Notes under the pieces: model-generated
Told to the model about the DNA's origin: nothing
What the model saw: only the letters and a program-made list of their open reading frames with translations
The model's database searches: none
Shown here: one piece after another, positions 37,951-47,127 of the stretch
Position numbering within the stretch: position 1 is the stretch's first letter
Layout: the number at the start of each line of letters is the position of its first letter
Source of the DNA: Chthoniobacterales bacterium
Lineage (GTDB): Bacteria; Verrucomicrobiota; Verrucomicrobiia; Chthoniobacterales; UBA10450
Assembly (NCBI GenBank): GCA_051003355.1
Contig: JBPCLK010000050.1
Span: forward strand, 2,468-66,467
Reading direction: 5' to 3'
DNA: 64,000 nt
Made by a program: the position numbers and the translations under genes

Positions 37951-39369
37951 CTAGCCGCCACCGGAACCCTCGCCACCCGGCTCCGTCATCGACTTTGGAT
38001 CGAGGGCGGCCTTCAATTCCGCCTCCGGCAGTACTTTTTTCTCCAAACAGAGTTCCCGCACCGTGCGCCCCGTTTTGGCGCTCTCCTTGGCGATTTCCGC
38101 CGCGCGATCGTAACCGATCTTGGGCGCGAGACTGGTCACCATGGCCATGGACAGTTCGACCAGCTCCTGGCACCTTTCGCGATTGGCCTCGATCCCGCTG
38201 ACGCATTTTTCGGCGAAGATATCGGCTGCGTTTCCCAGGAGGCGGATCGCTTCCAAAATGTTATGGGCCATGACGGGCATCATGACGTTCAGATCCAGGT
38301 TCCCGTTCGCGCCCGCCCAAGTCACGGTGGTGTCGGCGCCCATCACTTGCGAGCAAACCATCATGACCGATTCGCAGATGACCGGGTTGACCTTGCCCGG
38401 CATGATCGAACTGCCGGGTTGGGTGGCGGGGAGCTGAATCTCGCCAATGCCACAGCGGGGACCGCTACTTAGCCAACGAAGGTCGTTGGCAATTTTAAAG
38501 AGACTGACCGCTATGGTTTTGAGATGACCGCTCGCTTCCACGACGGCGTCTTTTCCGCCCTGCGCCTCGAAGTGGTCTTCCGCTTCGCGAAATGCGATGC
38601 CGGTTCGCTGCTCGAGATGACGCATCACTTTGCTTGGGAAATCCCGATGGCGGTTCAAACCTGTTCCCACCGCGGTGCCGCCCAGCGCGAGCTCTCGTAA
38701 AGCGCTCATGGCCTGCTCGGCGCGACGTTTTCCAAAACGCACCTGCTGCGCGTAGCCGCCAAACTCCTGCCCCAGCCGGACCGGGGTGGCATCCATCAGA
38801 TGGGTGCGGCCGATCTTGATCACATCGTCAAACTCTGAAGCTTTGGACGCGAGCGCCTCGCTCAGTTTATCGAGGGCCGGGAGAAGAGCGTGCTTGATCT
38901 GCTCGGCTGCGCTGATGTGAATCGCGGACGGGATGACATCGTTGCTCGACTGGCTCATGTTGACGTGATCGTTAGGGTGAACCGGCTCGCGCGCGCCGAT
39001 TGGTTTGCCGGCAAGCTGGCAGCACCGGTTGGAGATCACTTCGTTGGCGTTCGTGTTGGTGCTGGTGCCGGAGCCAGTCTGGAAAATATCGAGCGGGAAA
39101 TGTTCATCGAGCTTCCCTTCCACCACCTCTTCAGCTGCCTGGACGATGAGGGCGCTGCGTTCGGCGTCGAGCAGACTTAGATCGTGATTGGCCTGGGCCG
39201 CCGCCCATTTCAACAAACCGAGAGCGCGGATAAAGGGTCGGGAGAAGCGCCAGCCGCTAACGGGGAAGTTGAGCACGGCGCGCTGCGTGGAAGCGCCGTA
39301 AAGGGCCGATGCCGGGACCGACATCTCGCCCATCGAATCTTTCTCGACGCGGGTCTCGCAGGCGCTCAT
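37951..39369 (-). CDS. fumC: Class II fumarate hydratase
   Basis: GSSIMPGKVNP signature and full-length similarity. ATG 39369 forms an ATGA overlap with the upstream gene's stop. Confidence 0.9.
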   Translation of the reverse strand: MSACETRVEKDSMGEMSVPASALYGASTQRAVLNFPVSGWRFSRPFIRALGLLKWAAAQANHDLSLLDAERSALIVQAAEEVVEGKLDEHFPLDIFQTGSGTSTNTNANEVISNRCCQLAGKPIGAREPVHPNDHVNMSQSSNDVIPSAIHISAAEQIKHALLPALDKLSEALASKASEFDDVIKIGRTHLMDATPVRLGQEFGGYAQQVRFGKRRAEQAMSALRELALGGTAVGTGLNRHRDFPSKVMRHLEQRTGIAFREAEDHFEAQGGKDAVVEASGHLKTIAVSLFKIANDLRWLSSGPRCGIGEIQLPATQPGSSIMPGKVNPVICESVMMVCSQVMGADTTVTWAGANGNLDLNVMMPVMAHNILEAIRLLGNAADIFAEKCVSGIEANRERCQELVELSMAMVTSLAPKIGYDRAAEIAKESAKTGRTVRELCLEKKVLPEAELKAALDPKSMTEPGGEGSGGG

Positions 39370-39980
39370 GCCGTGCGCTGAGCGGAAATCCCGGCAGTGG
39401 CGGGACGAGCATGACCGTTCCGGGTCTGCGCTTTCTGGAAAACGGTAATGAACATGGGTGGGATGTTTTGCAGGCAATATTCCGACTCGGCCCGGTCGAA
39501 AAAGGTCGCGTGCTGCCGCAGTTCGTTGGTCACTTGATAAATGATAAAGGCGCCGCCCGCCTGCAGGGCGTCGTAGGTATCCTGCAGCAAGGCCCGCTTT
39601 TTCTTGATCTCGAGAATGCTGAACGGAATGCCGGAAAGAATGTAATCACAATGCGCAATCCCTCGGCGGGCCAATTCTTCCGCCAGGCTGGCCGCGTCGC
39701 GGTTAATGACATGCACGCGTGGATCGTCAGCGAATTGCCGTTCGAGATCACGCGAGAAAGCGGGATCCAACTCAAATAGAAAAAGCTGCGAATTAGCATC
39801 CATGCGGGACGCGAGTTCCCGGGAATGCACTCCTTCACCGGGACCGTACTCCGCAATGGTCCGGGGCTGACTAAAATCCATTTTTCCCGCGACCTTATCC
39901 ACGAGCGCCTTGGAGCTGGGAATGATGGAAGCGATCTGAAACGGCTTTTGCAGAAACCGCTTAAAAAACAATGCGCTCAT
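39366..39980 (-). CDS. Class I SAM-dependent methyltransferase (COG3963/phospholipid N-methyltransferase-like)
   Basis: IIPSSKALV...IAEYGPGEGVHSRELA...ILSGIPFS. Start chosen at MSALFFKRF. Confidence 0.7.
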   Translation of the reverse strand: MSALFFKRFLQKPFQIASIIPSSKALVDKVAGKMDFSQPRTIAEYGPGEGVHSRELASRMDANSQLFLFELDPAFSRDLERQFADDPRVHVINRDAASLAEELARRGIAHCDYILSGIPFSILEIKKKRALLQDTYDALQAGGAFIIYQVTNELRQHATFFDRAESEYCLQNIPPMFITVFQKAQTRNGHARPATAGISAQRTA

Positions 39981-40240
39981 GAAGTTGCGAACAGTGAACC
40001 CCGGGCTCCCCATTGTCCAGCAACGATCTTGCAGGGAAAATGGCACCGCACTTCCCCTGATTTCGTTTGTCAAAGAATCCGGGGATGCCCGTCGGGACGA
40101 CGCTGGATTGAACCAGCCAAAAGGAAATATTGTGGCAGACGCAGATAAACTCTGTTGTTGACACCTTTTCTAAAATTTATAATGCTGATCTCGGCAATAA
40201 GTATTGCCAGAGGACCACAAAATTGCTGACGCTGCCTTCC

Positions 40241-40792
40241 ATGCACAATTTATTGACGGTCAAGGAGACTGCGAAATACCTCCGAATTCCGCTGCCGACT
40301 GTCTATTACCTGGTCCAGCGTGGCCAGCTGCCCGCCATCCAGATCGGCGGTCGCTGGAGGATTAAGAAGGATTCGCTCGATAAAGATATCCTAAAAGAGG
40401 GCCGTTCTGGTCAACCAACGGTCCTAGTTGTGGATGACGACACGAGCTTGCAGAACCTCTTTAAGGTTTTCCTGAAAAAGATTGGTTTTAGTCGAGTCGT
40501 GGTGGGCACGGTGAAGGAAGCCATCGCGGCCTTGGGAAAGCAGCATTTTGATCTGCTTTTTCTCGACTTGAAATTGCCTGACGGCCCGGCCGACGATGTC
40601 TATGACGCAGCGAAGGAGATCGATCCCTATCTGCCGATCGTGGTCATCACGGGCTATCCTAACAGCGACATGCTAAACCGGATCCTCCTCAAGGGTCCGA
40701 TTACGGTTTTGAAAAAGCCCCTCAAGATCGACCAGCTCAAGCAGACTGTGCGGATCCTGGGACACAAAGAGGCCTCGAAGCTCGCTGCCTGA
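40241..40792 (+). CDS. Response regulator with an N-terminal excisionase/MerR-type HTH and a C-terminal receiver domain
   Basis: The HTH is LLTVKETAKYLRIPLPTVYYLVQRGQLPAIQIGGRWRI. The REC domain follows (VLVVDDD, DLLFLDLKLPDG, LKKPL). Confidence 0.75.
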   Translation: MHNLLTVKETAKYLRIPLPTVYYLVQRGQLPAIQIGGRWRIKKDSLDKDILKEGRSGQPTVLVVDDDTSLQNLFKVFLKKIGFSRVVVGTVKEAIAALGKQHFDLLFLDLKLPDGPADDVYDAAKEIDPYLPIVVITGYPNSDMLNRILLKGPITVLKKPLKIDQLKQTVRILGHKEASKLAA

Positions 40793-40908
40793 TCGACGGT
40801 CGGCGAGTTCAGAAGTGGTCAGATTCTGGCCACGCCGCGATGCTTCATTTCTGCGGTGATCCTCCTTGACGGATCACCTTTCGCTATTCACTTATCACTT
40901 CGCCTTCC

Positions 40909-40983
<75 letters not shown>

Positions 40984-41255
40984 TCGATTGGGCTGGATCA
41001 TCTCCGCGGTAAGTCGAATTCCTGCCTAAGGAAAAAACCTTAAATCACGCGATCTTTGGGAGTCATTTCCGTGAAATCACTTTACAAATCCTGAATAAAA
41101 TTACAGGATTACGAGTCACTTACACCAAGTGCAACCATCCTCTACCATCGCACCGTTAGCTCCCCGGCCCCTTCTTTAGGCCCGGGCTGGTGCATTATCT
41201 GCTTCCGAGAACGAAGGAACGTTCTCTCACTTTTTCCACAGCTAAACTTTTATAG

Positions 41256-42677
41256 ATGAAAACCAAGGTACTCATTATTGGCGGCGGTCCCGGAGGATGC
41301 TCCGCGGCGATGTTTTTAATTAAGGAAGGGATCAATCCCATCATTCTCGAACAGGAGGAGTTTCCGCGATTTCACATCGGCGAATCAATGACTGGCGAGG
41401 CGGCGGCGGTGCTGCGTCGGCTCGGTTTAGAAAAGATGATGGTCGAGCAAAAATTCCCGATCAAACACGGCGTCCGAGTCTTTGGTGGTCGTGGGCACTG
41501 GTTCATCCCGGTCGCGCGCCGGGACGAAAACTGGGATTTGCAGCCGGCTTCCACTTGGCAGGTTCGTCGAAGCGATTTCGATAAGATGATGCTGCAAGAG
41601 TGCCAGAAGCGCGGGGCGACGATGATCCGCGGAAAGGCAGTTCAGGCAATCCAGGAGAAGGACGGAAAGGTCAGTGGAGTGATGATGCGGCATCCGGATG
41701 GCCGCGAGGAGAAAATTGAGGCGGAAGTGGTCCTTGATTGCTCGGGCATGGCCACGTTCCTGGCCAATCAAAAAGTAACGGGACCGAAATACCTCGGCAG
41801 CTACGACAAGCAAATCGCTTTCTTCACTCATGTGAAGGGCGCGGTGCGCGACCCGGATTCCGACGGCGAGATGGCACGAGATAACACACTGATCTTTTAT
41901 AAGAAGAAATTTCATTGGTCCTGGCAGATCCCCATCGACAGCGAAGTGGACAGCGTGGGCGTGGTCGTGCCGACGGCAGAATTCCAGGCACACAAACAGA
42001 CACCGGAAGAGTTTTTCCGGGCGTATTTGCCGACTATCCATCCCGAGGCCGCTAGCCGCTTGGCCGACGCCGAGTTCATCGAGAAGGTGCATGTCATTCC
42101 CAACTACTCATTTCAGGTGCGCCAGTACTGTGGCAAAGGGTTCATCTGCATCGGCGACGCCCACCGTTTTATTGACCCCATTTTTTCCTTTGGCATCTCG
42201 GCCACGATTCGGGAAGCGGAATTCGCCATCCCACATGTCGTCTCTTACCTCAACGGCGAGCGGCGCGACCAGGCGAATCCATTCGAAAGCCATCAGCGTT
42301 TCTGCGAACAAGGCAGCGACGTTCTGGAAGACATGGTGGACCTTTTTTGGGAGCAACCGTTTGCTTTTGCCACTTTCGTCCACCAGCGCTACCGGCCCGA
42401 GCTGACCGACGCCTTCGCTGGCCGGGTCTACGAAACGGAGCACCAGCCTTCCAAGGCTATCCTGCAATTTCGCAAATTGCTGAAAAGAGAGCGCGACTAC
42501 TCTCATGAGGATGATTATTCCATCCCCATCGGGTCACGCTACCATCCGGAGCGCGCTGCCCTGTGGGCGCCGGATTCGCCGGTGGAGACCACCGAAGAAT
42601 GGATGGAGAGAGGCGCGGACGGGGATCAAGCGAAAGCGAGTGATTCCGTCGCCCCCGAATTAGTGACCGCAGATTAA
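41256..42677 (+). CDS. Flavin-dependent halogenase
   Basis: GxGxxG (IIGGGPGG), PRFHIGESM, the WxWxIP motif (FHWSWQIPID) and the Fx.Px.Sx.G motif (FIDPIFSFG) are all present. Confidence 0.8.
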   Translation: MKTKVLIIGGGPGGCSAAMFLIKEGINPIILEQEEFPRFHIGESMTGEAAAVLRRLGLEKMMVEQKFPIKHGVRVFGGRGHWFIPVARRDENWDLQPASTWQVRRSDFDKMMLQECQKRGATMIRGKAVQAIQEKDGKVSGVMMRHPDGREEKIEAEVVLDCSGMATFLANQKVTGPKYLGSYDKQIAFFTHVKGAVRDPDSDGEMARDNTLIFYKKKFHWSWQIPIDSEVDSVGVVVPTAEFQAHKQTPEEFFRAYLPTIHPEAASRLADAEFIEKVHVIPNYSFQVRQYCGKGFICIGDAHRFIDPIFSFGISATIREAEFAIPHVVSYLNGERRDQANPFESHQRFCEQGSDVLEDMVDLFWEQPFAFATFVHQRYRPELTDAFAGRVYETEHQPSKAILQFRKLLKRERDYSHEDDYSIPIGSRYHPERAALWAPDSPVETTEEWMERGADGDQAKASDSVAPELVTAD

Positions 42678-42700
42678 ATTTACAACAAGCAAACGCCAAC

Positions 42701-42946
42701 ATGGAAATACCACAAAAACTAAAGGACTATATCAACGAAAATCGGGCTCCTCTTCCCCCAGTCTCAGACCCAGATGAATCGCTCCAGATTGACTCACTGG
42801 GACTAATCCGCCTGGTGGCCTTCATGGAAAGCGATTGTGGGATCCGCGTGGAAGACGAGGAGCTGGTGGCGGAAAACTTTGCCACCCTCCGCAGTCTTGG
42901 CGAATTGATCGAAAAGAAATCTCAAAGCGCGGAGACCACTTCCTAA
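42701..42946 (+). CDS. Acyl/peptidyl carrier protein (phosphopantetheine-binding)
   Basis: 81 aa with a DSL-type site, LQIDSLGLIRLVAFMESDCGIRV. Starts 24 nt after the halogenase stop. Confidence 0.75.
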   Translation: MEIPQKLKDYINENRAPLPPVSDPDESLQIDSLGLIRLVAFMESDCGIRVEDEELVAENFATLRSLGELIEKKSQSAETTS

Positions 42947-42979
42947 GGAGCACCCTCGTCCGAGGCAATCCGGGCGAAC

Positions 42980-43912
42980 CTACGCCCGGCTTTCCCTGAT
43001 CATTTTCGGCACCATCGCCGTGGCCAGCTTGCCAAACGCTGCCACGGCGCTGTTTGTTTGTGAATCGATCAAACGGAGGATTCCGATCTCCAGTTCAAGG
43101 CCGCGGTCTTCCAGCCGGATAGCTTTCAACTTCAGATAGGTCCTGTCTGGCAATGATATCCTGGGCATCAGGGCAATCGCCTCCAACGGCTCGAGGACAC
43201 GCTGCAAGACCTCGATGGAATTGACCTCCGCCACGGTTCGTGGACGGATCCGGTGATTTCGGCAGATTTCATCGATCGTCCTGCGCATCACGTAGGAATC
43301 GGGTAGTTGAACGATGCGCTGACGGTGAAGCTCCGAAAGCTCCATGGTCCGCCGTTTGGCCCAAGGGTGTTTCTCGAAGACCACTACATGCAACTGGTCG
43401 TCACCCAGATGTTCATAGCGCAAATTCGGCGAGTGACGTGTCACCCAACCTAAGCCTGCGTCGAGTCGTCCTTCCTCCAGCTGCATCTCGATGTCGGAGG
43501 AGGAGATCTCGAAGACGCTCACGTCAATGCCAGGATGGAGCTGTCCGAACTTGCCAAGCAGACGTGGAATCAGGGCAATATTGAGATAGGGGATTACGCC
43601 GAGCCGCAATGTCCCATGCAACTCGCCCGGTTCATTGCCGATTTCCTGCAACGACTTTTCGACCTGCCGCAGAATAGTCCGGCAATGTTCCTGGAAAATC
43701 AGGCCGGCTGAAGTGAGGGAGATTCGCTTGCCGTGACGCTGAAAAAGCATGGCACGCAAGGCCGTCTCCAAGTCACGCATCTGTTGAGAGACAGCAGGTT
43801 GCGAAATTCCGAGGCGCTTCGCGGCACGGCTAAAGCTTCCAGCATCTGCAACTTCAAGAAAATAGCGTAACTGGCGAATCTCATATGGTTCTTGCATCAC
43901 AAGCGAGGCCAC
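42980..43912 (-). CDS. LysR-family transcriptional regulator
   Basis: N-terminal HTH IRQLRYFLEVADAGSFSRAAKRLGISQPAVSQQMRDLE plus a substrate-binding domain. Confidence 0.9.
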   Translation of the reverse strand: MASLVMQEPYEIRQLRYFLEVADAGSFSRAAKRLGISQPAVSQQMRDLETALRAMLFQRHGKRISLTSAGLIFQEHCRTILRQVEKSLQEIGNEPGELHGTLRLGVIPYLNIALIPRLLGKFGQLHPGIDVSVFEISSSDIEMQLEEGRLDAGLGWVTRHSPNLRYEHLGDDQLHVVVFEKHPWAKRRTMELSELHRQRIVQLPDSYVMRRTIDEICRNHRIRPRTVAEVNSIEVLQRVLEPLEAIALMPRISLPDRTYLKLKAIRLEDRGLELEIGILRLIDSQTNSAVAAFGKLATAMVPKMIRESRA

Positions 43913-43968
43913 CCATACGCGGACCTATCTCTCAAACGCATGACAAAATAATTACAAAAACTGCTTCC

Positions 43969-43983
43969 ATAAGTTTCTCTTAT
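43969..43983. promoter_or_regulatory. Candidate LysR-type T-N11-A box
   Basis: ATAAG-TTTCT-CTTAT dyad in the divergent intergenic region between the LysR and porin genes. Confidence 0.35.
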
Positions 43984-44019
43984 TGATGTATTACTAGAAA
44001 TCACCTTGCCAACTATCCT

Positions 44020-45486
44020 ATGAAACCTTCGAAAATCTCTGCTCGCCTCATCTTGATGACGGCGTTTTTCCTCGCACCGGCCTTCTCCCTTTTCGCCGGT
44101 GAAACTGTCGTTAAGAAGCAGGAAACGGTTCAAACCGAGACCAAAAAATCCGACTTCAAGCGTCCCATCTACAATACGGTGTCGCGGTGGAAAGAAGATT
44201 GGTCTGGCTTGCGCGGTCGCGATCGCAATCTGACCGGCGATCCATTCGATCCGATCAAATTCATCCCGCTCAACAACGACGGCTCCATCTGGCTGAGCAT
44301 TGGGGGCGGCCTCCGCGGACGATTCGAACATTTCTCGAATTTCTCTTTCGCAGGAGGACTCGATGCATCCTACTTCCTCTACCACTTCCTGCTGCACGGC
44401 GATCTGCACATTACGCAGTTTGTGCGTGTTTTCGTGGAAGGAATTGATGCGGAAAGCACCAACCGTTACCTGCCTGGTGGCCTGCGCAACTCGGATGTAA
44501 ACGCATTCGACCTCAATCAGGGTTTTCTCGATATTAATATTCCGTTTGATAGCGGGTCTCTTACTTTCCGCGGCGGCCGACAGGGCCTGACCTTTGGTAA
44601 ACAACGCCTGGTCAGCCCGCTGCCCTGGGGCAACGCCTATCGGCACTGGGACGGTTTCTCGGCGATCCTCGATACCCATGGCTGGAATGCCCAGGCCTTC
44701 GGGACCCAGTTCGTTCCGGTCGATAAATACAATTTCGACGAGCCGGACGCGCAAACCAAGTTTTACGGCCTCTACGTCACTCACGGCAAGCCGGTCGACC
44801 CGATCGGTGTGGACATTTACTTTCTCGGACTGGATCGAAATGATCCTATCTCCTTCAACGGCACGACTGGTGAGGAGGAACGCTATACCATCGGCGGAAG
44901 GGTTTTCGGCAAACTGCACGACTTCGATTACGACGTGGAAAGCGCCTACCAATTTGGACAGGTGGGCGCGGGCGACGTGAGCGCCTGGATGCTTGCTTCC
45001 GAAGGTGGCTACACCTTCAAGCCGGTGCCCTTGGTGCCACGCCTGTGGCTCGGCTTCGATTACGCAAGTGGCGATGATTCGCCCGGGGGCGATGTGGGAA
45101 CCTTCAACCAACTCTTCCCGCTCGGTCACGCCTACTTTGGTTACATCGATCTCATCGGCCGCCAGAACATCGTCGATCTGCATCCTGGGGCCTCGATCAA
45201 AGCCGCCGGCGACAAGCTCACGTTGAAAGCGGAGGGCCATTTCTTCTGGCGCGCAGAAGCAGCCGATGCACTCTATAACGCAGGAGGCGCCGTGGTGCGA
45301 AAAGGTGCTCCCGGCACTTCCAAGCAGGTTGGTTCGGAAGCGGATTTTGTGGCCAACTATAAGTTTAACCAGCACCTCGATATGGAAGTCGGTTACAGTC
45401 ATTTCTTCCCCGGCGACTTCATCAGACAGACCGGGCCGGACCAGGATATCGACTTCTTCTATTTCCAGACGCAGTTCTACTTCTAG
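44020..45486 (+). CDS. Alginate-export-family (AlgE-like) outer-membrane beta-barrel
   Basis: Signal peptide, GGRQGLTFGKQRLVSPLPWGNAYRHWDGF motif and a terminal ...FQTQFYF. Confidence 0.75.
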   Translation: MKPSKISARLILMTAFFLAPAFSLFAGETVVKKQETVQTETKKSDFKRPIYNTVSRWKEDWSGLRGRDRNLTGDPFDPIKFIPLNNDGSIWLSIGGGLRGRFEHFSNFSFAGGLDASYFLYHFLLHGDLHITQFVRVFVEGIDAESTNRYLPGGLRNSDVNAFDLNQGFLDINIPFDSGSLTFRGGRQGLTFGKQRLVSPLPWGNAYRHWDGFSAILDTHGWNAQAFGTQFVPVDKYNFDEPDAQTKFYGLYVTHGKPVDPIGVDIYFLGLDRNDPISFNGTTGEEERYTIGGRVFGKLHDFDYDVESAYQFGQVGAGDVSAWMLASEGGYTFKPVPLVPRLWLGFDYASGDDSPGGDVGTFNQLFPLGHAYFGYIDLIGRQNIVDLHPGASIKAAGDKLTLKAEGHFFWRAEAADALYNAGGAVVRKGAPGTSKQVGSEADFVANYKFNQHLDMEVGYSHFFPGDFIRQTGPDQDIDFFYFQTQFYF

Positions 45487-45675
45487 GAAGGCTTAGAAAA
45501 CGACCTAATGAAAAACGCTCGTCGCCGGTCACTACCTTTGGCGAACGTTTGCACCTCCGAATCCACCGGGGCCCATAAAACGTTGGGCGCTCTTCATACG
45601 ACCGGCGATCACGTATCCGCTCGCCGACTCATTTGCAGATGTTCCAAAACAAAAAAACGATAGGAAAACCAAATC

Positions 45676-46794
45676 ATGAATGCGAATAAACTGATCACCG
45701 CCGGAGCGGTCGCGCTCCTTCTATGCGCCGGCTGTAGCAAAAAGGACACCACCGTCGCCAAGAAGGAATCCACCAAAGTCCGGGTCGGTTACATCGGCCT
45801 TACCTGTGAAGCCTCCATCTTCGCCGCGGTCGAGAACGGCTACTTCAAAGAGGAAGGCCTCGATGTCGAGCTGGTCAAGTGCGACTGGAAAATCTACAAT
45901 GATACTCTCGCTCTCGGTGGCTACGACATCACTCAGCATCTCGTGATGTATTTCCTCAAGCCGATCGAACAGGGCCTCGACGTGAAATTCACGGGCGGCA
46001 TCCACACGGGCTGCCTGCGTGTGCAGGCCGCGGCCAAGAGCAACATCACCAGCGTCGAGCAACTCCGCGGCAAACGCATCGGCGTGCCGGGCATGGGGAC
46101 GCCGCCGTTTGTCTATACCAACCGCGTGCTCAAGCGCCATGGCATCGACGGGAGCAAGGAGATTGAGTGGAAAGTATTTCCGGTCGGCGAGCTCGGCCTC
46201 GCCATCGATAAAGGAGAAGTCGACGCCGTAGCTGATTCCGAGCCGATCGGCACCATGCTGCTGACCAGCGGTAAAGTGCGGAATGTGGCCGACCAAGCCG
46301 TGGATGAAGGTTACAAAGATGAGTACTGCTGCGAGGTCATCGCCAACGGAAAATGGCTGGCCGCCAATCCCAAGGCCGCCGCAGGTGCCACTCGCGCTCT
46401 GCTCAAAGGAGCCAAGTATGTCCACGCCAATCCGATGGCTGCAGCGCAAATGTCGATCGATAAAAAGTACCTCGCCTCGAACCCACAAATGAACGCGGCT
46501 GCTCTCTCCAAGCTCGGCTACATTCCAAGCGTTTCGCGCGCGGAAACCTCGGTGGCGACTGCCGCCAAGGAAATGATCGCTGCGGGCATGCTCGCCCCGA
46601 ACACGAACGTCGATCAACTCACCAAACGCGCTTTCGCCCATCTCGATGGCGTGAGCGACGAATGGATCGACAAGACCGAAGTTAAGAAGGTCGCCGGCGG
46701 CCAGGTCGTGCCCGGAAAGGACGACGCCAAGATAGCCCAGGCCAGCCTGGACGCAGGTCCGAAATCCTGCTGCGCCATGCCGATCTCGAACTGA
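45676..46794 (+). CDS. ABC-transporter substrate-binding lipoprotein (NMT1/NitT/TauT-like)
   Basis: Lipobox LLLCAGC. Type 2 periplasmic-binding pattern (VRVGYIGLTCEA..., GKRIGVPGMGT). No permease or ATPase gene is adjacent. Confidence 0.75.
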   Translation: MNANKLITAGAVALLLCAGCSKKDTTVAKKESTKVRVGYIGLTCEASIFAAVENGYFKEEGLDVELVKCDWKIYNDTLALGGYDITQHLVMYFLKPIEQGLDVKFTGGIHTGCLRVQAAAKSNITSVEQLRGKRIGVPGMGTPPFVYTNRVLKRHGIDGSKEIEWKVFPVGELGLAIDKGEVDAVADSEPIGTMLLTSGKVRNVADQAVDEGYKDEYCCEVIANGKWLAANPKAAAGATRALLKGAKYVHANPMAAAQMSIDKKYLASNPQMNAAALSKLGYIPSVSRAETSVATAAKEMIAAGMLAPNTNVDQLTKRAFAHLDGVSDEWIDKTEVKKVAGGQVVPGKDDAKIAQASLDAGPKSCCAMPISN

Positions 46795-46812
46795 TCGGAA
46801 GGCTGCCAATCC

Positions 46813-46850
46813 CGGGCTCGTTAGGCAAGACGGTTTGCTTAACGAGCCCG
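46813..46850 (+). terminator. Rho-independent-type terminator hairpin
   Basis: CGGGCTCGTTA (46813-46823) pairs perfectly with TAACGAGCCCG (46840-46850). The stem extends inward (GGCAA/TTGCT with a G-U pair) around a 6-nt loop. A T-containing tail follows. Confidence 0.7.
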
Positions 46851-47036
46851 TTGGCGTTTCGGCGTTCTACGGAGCGGCCTATTTGCCGGGACGGGCGACG
46901 CGCCCGAATTCTAGAGGTTCGCTGAACCGGTCAGCGCTCAAGGCTCGCGACTCGGAGATTGCGGGAAGCAGTGGGCGCGATAGACTGCGCCCGTAACCGG
47001 AAAGCGGCGCCGCCGCGCTCTCCGGAACGCGCACCT

Positions 47037-47118
47037 GCCAGGGTGGCGAAATTGGCAGACGCGCCAGACTTAGGATCTGGTGGAGCAATCCGTAGGGGTT
47101 CAAGTCCCCTCCCTGGTA
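47037..47118 (+). tRNA. tRNA-Leu (anticodon TAG), long variable arm
   Basis: Acceptor GCCAGGG/CCCTGGT (G1-U72), anticodon stem-loop CCAGA-CTTAGGA-TCTGG, variable arm, T arm GGGGTTCAAGTCCCC. Folded by eye. Confidence 0.8.
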
Positions 47119-47127
47119 CCTCGTTTC

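Noticed and set aside
40158-40183. TTGACA ... TATAAT pair upstream of the HTH-REC gene
   Set aside because: The spacer is only 14 nt by my count, too short for a canonical sigma-70 promoter. Not called.
41131-41165. Short stretch resembling the 5' part of tRNA-Val (GCACCGTTAGCTCC versus GCGCGGTTAGCTCA), considered as a possible att-site remnant
   Set aside because: The match is only about 11 of 14 and involves the 5' rather than the 3' tRNA end. There is no integrase and no collinear extension, so it is likely chance.
43897-45402. 501-aa minus-strand ORF
   Set aside because: It is antisense to the alginate-export-type porin. The porin has a signal peptide, a family motif and a C-terminal Phe. 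The antisense product has no motifs.
45509-45664. 51-aa basic ORF between the porin and SBP genes
   Set aside because: It has poor coding character, no SD and no motifs. Likely spurious.
45721-46809. 362-aa minus-strand ORF
   Set aside because: It is antisense to the lipoprotein SBP gene, which has a lipobox and a periplasmic-binding-protein pattern.
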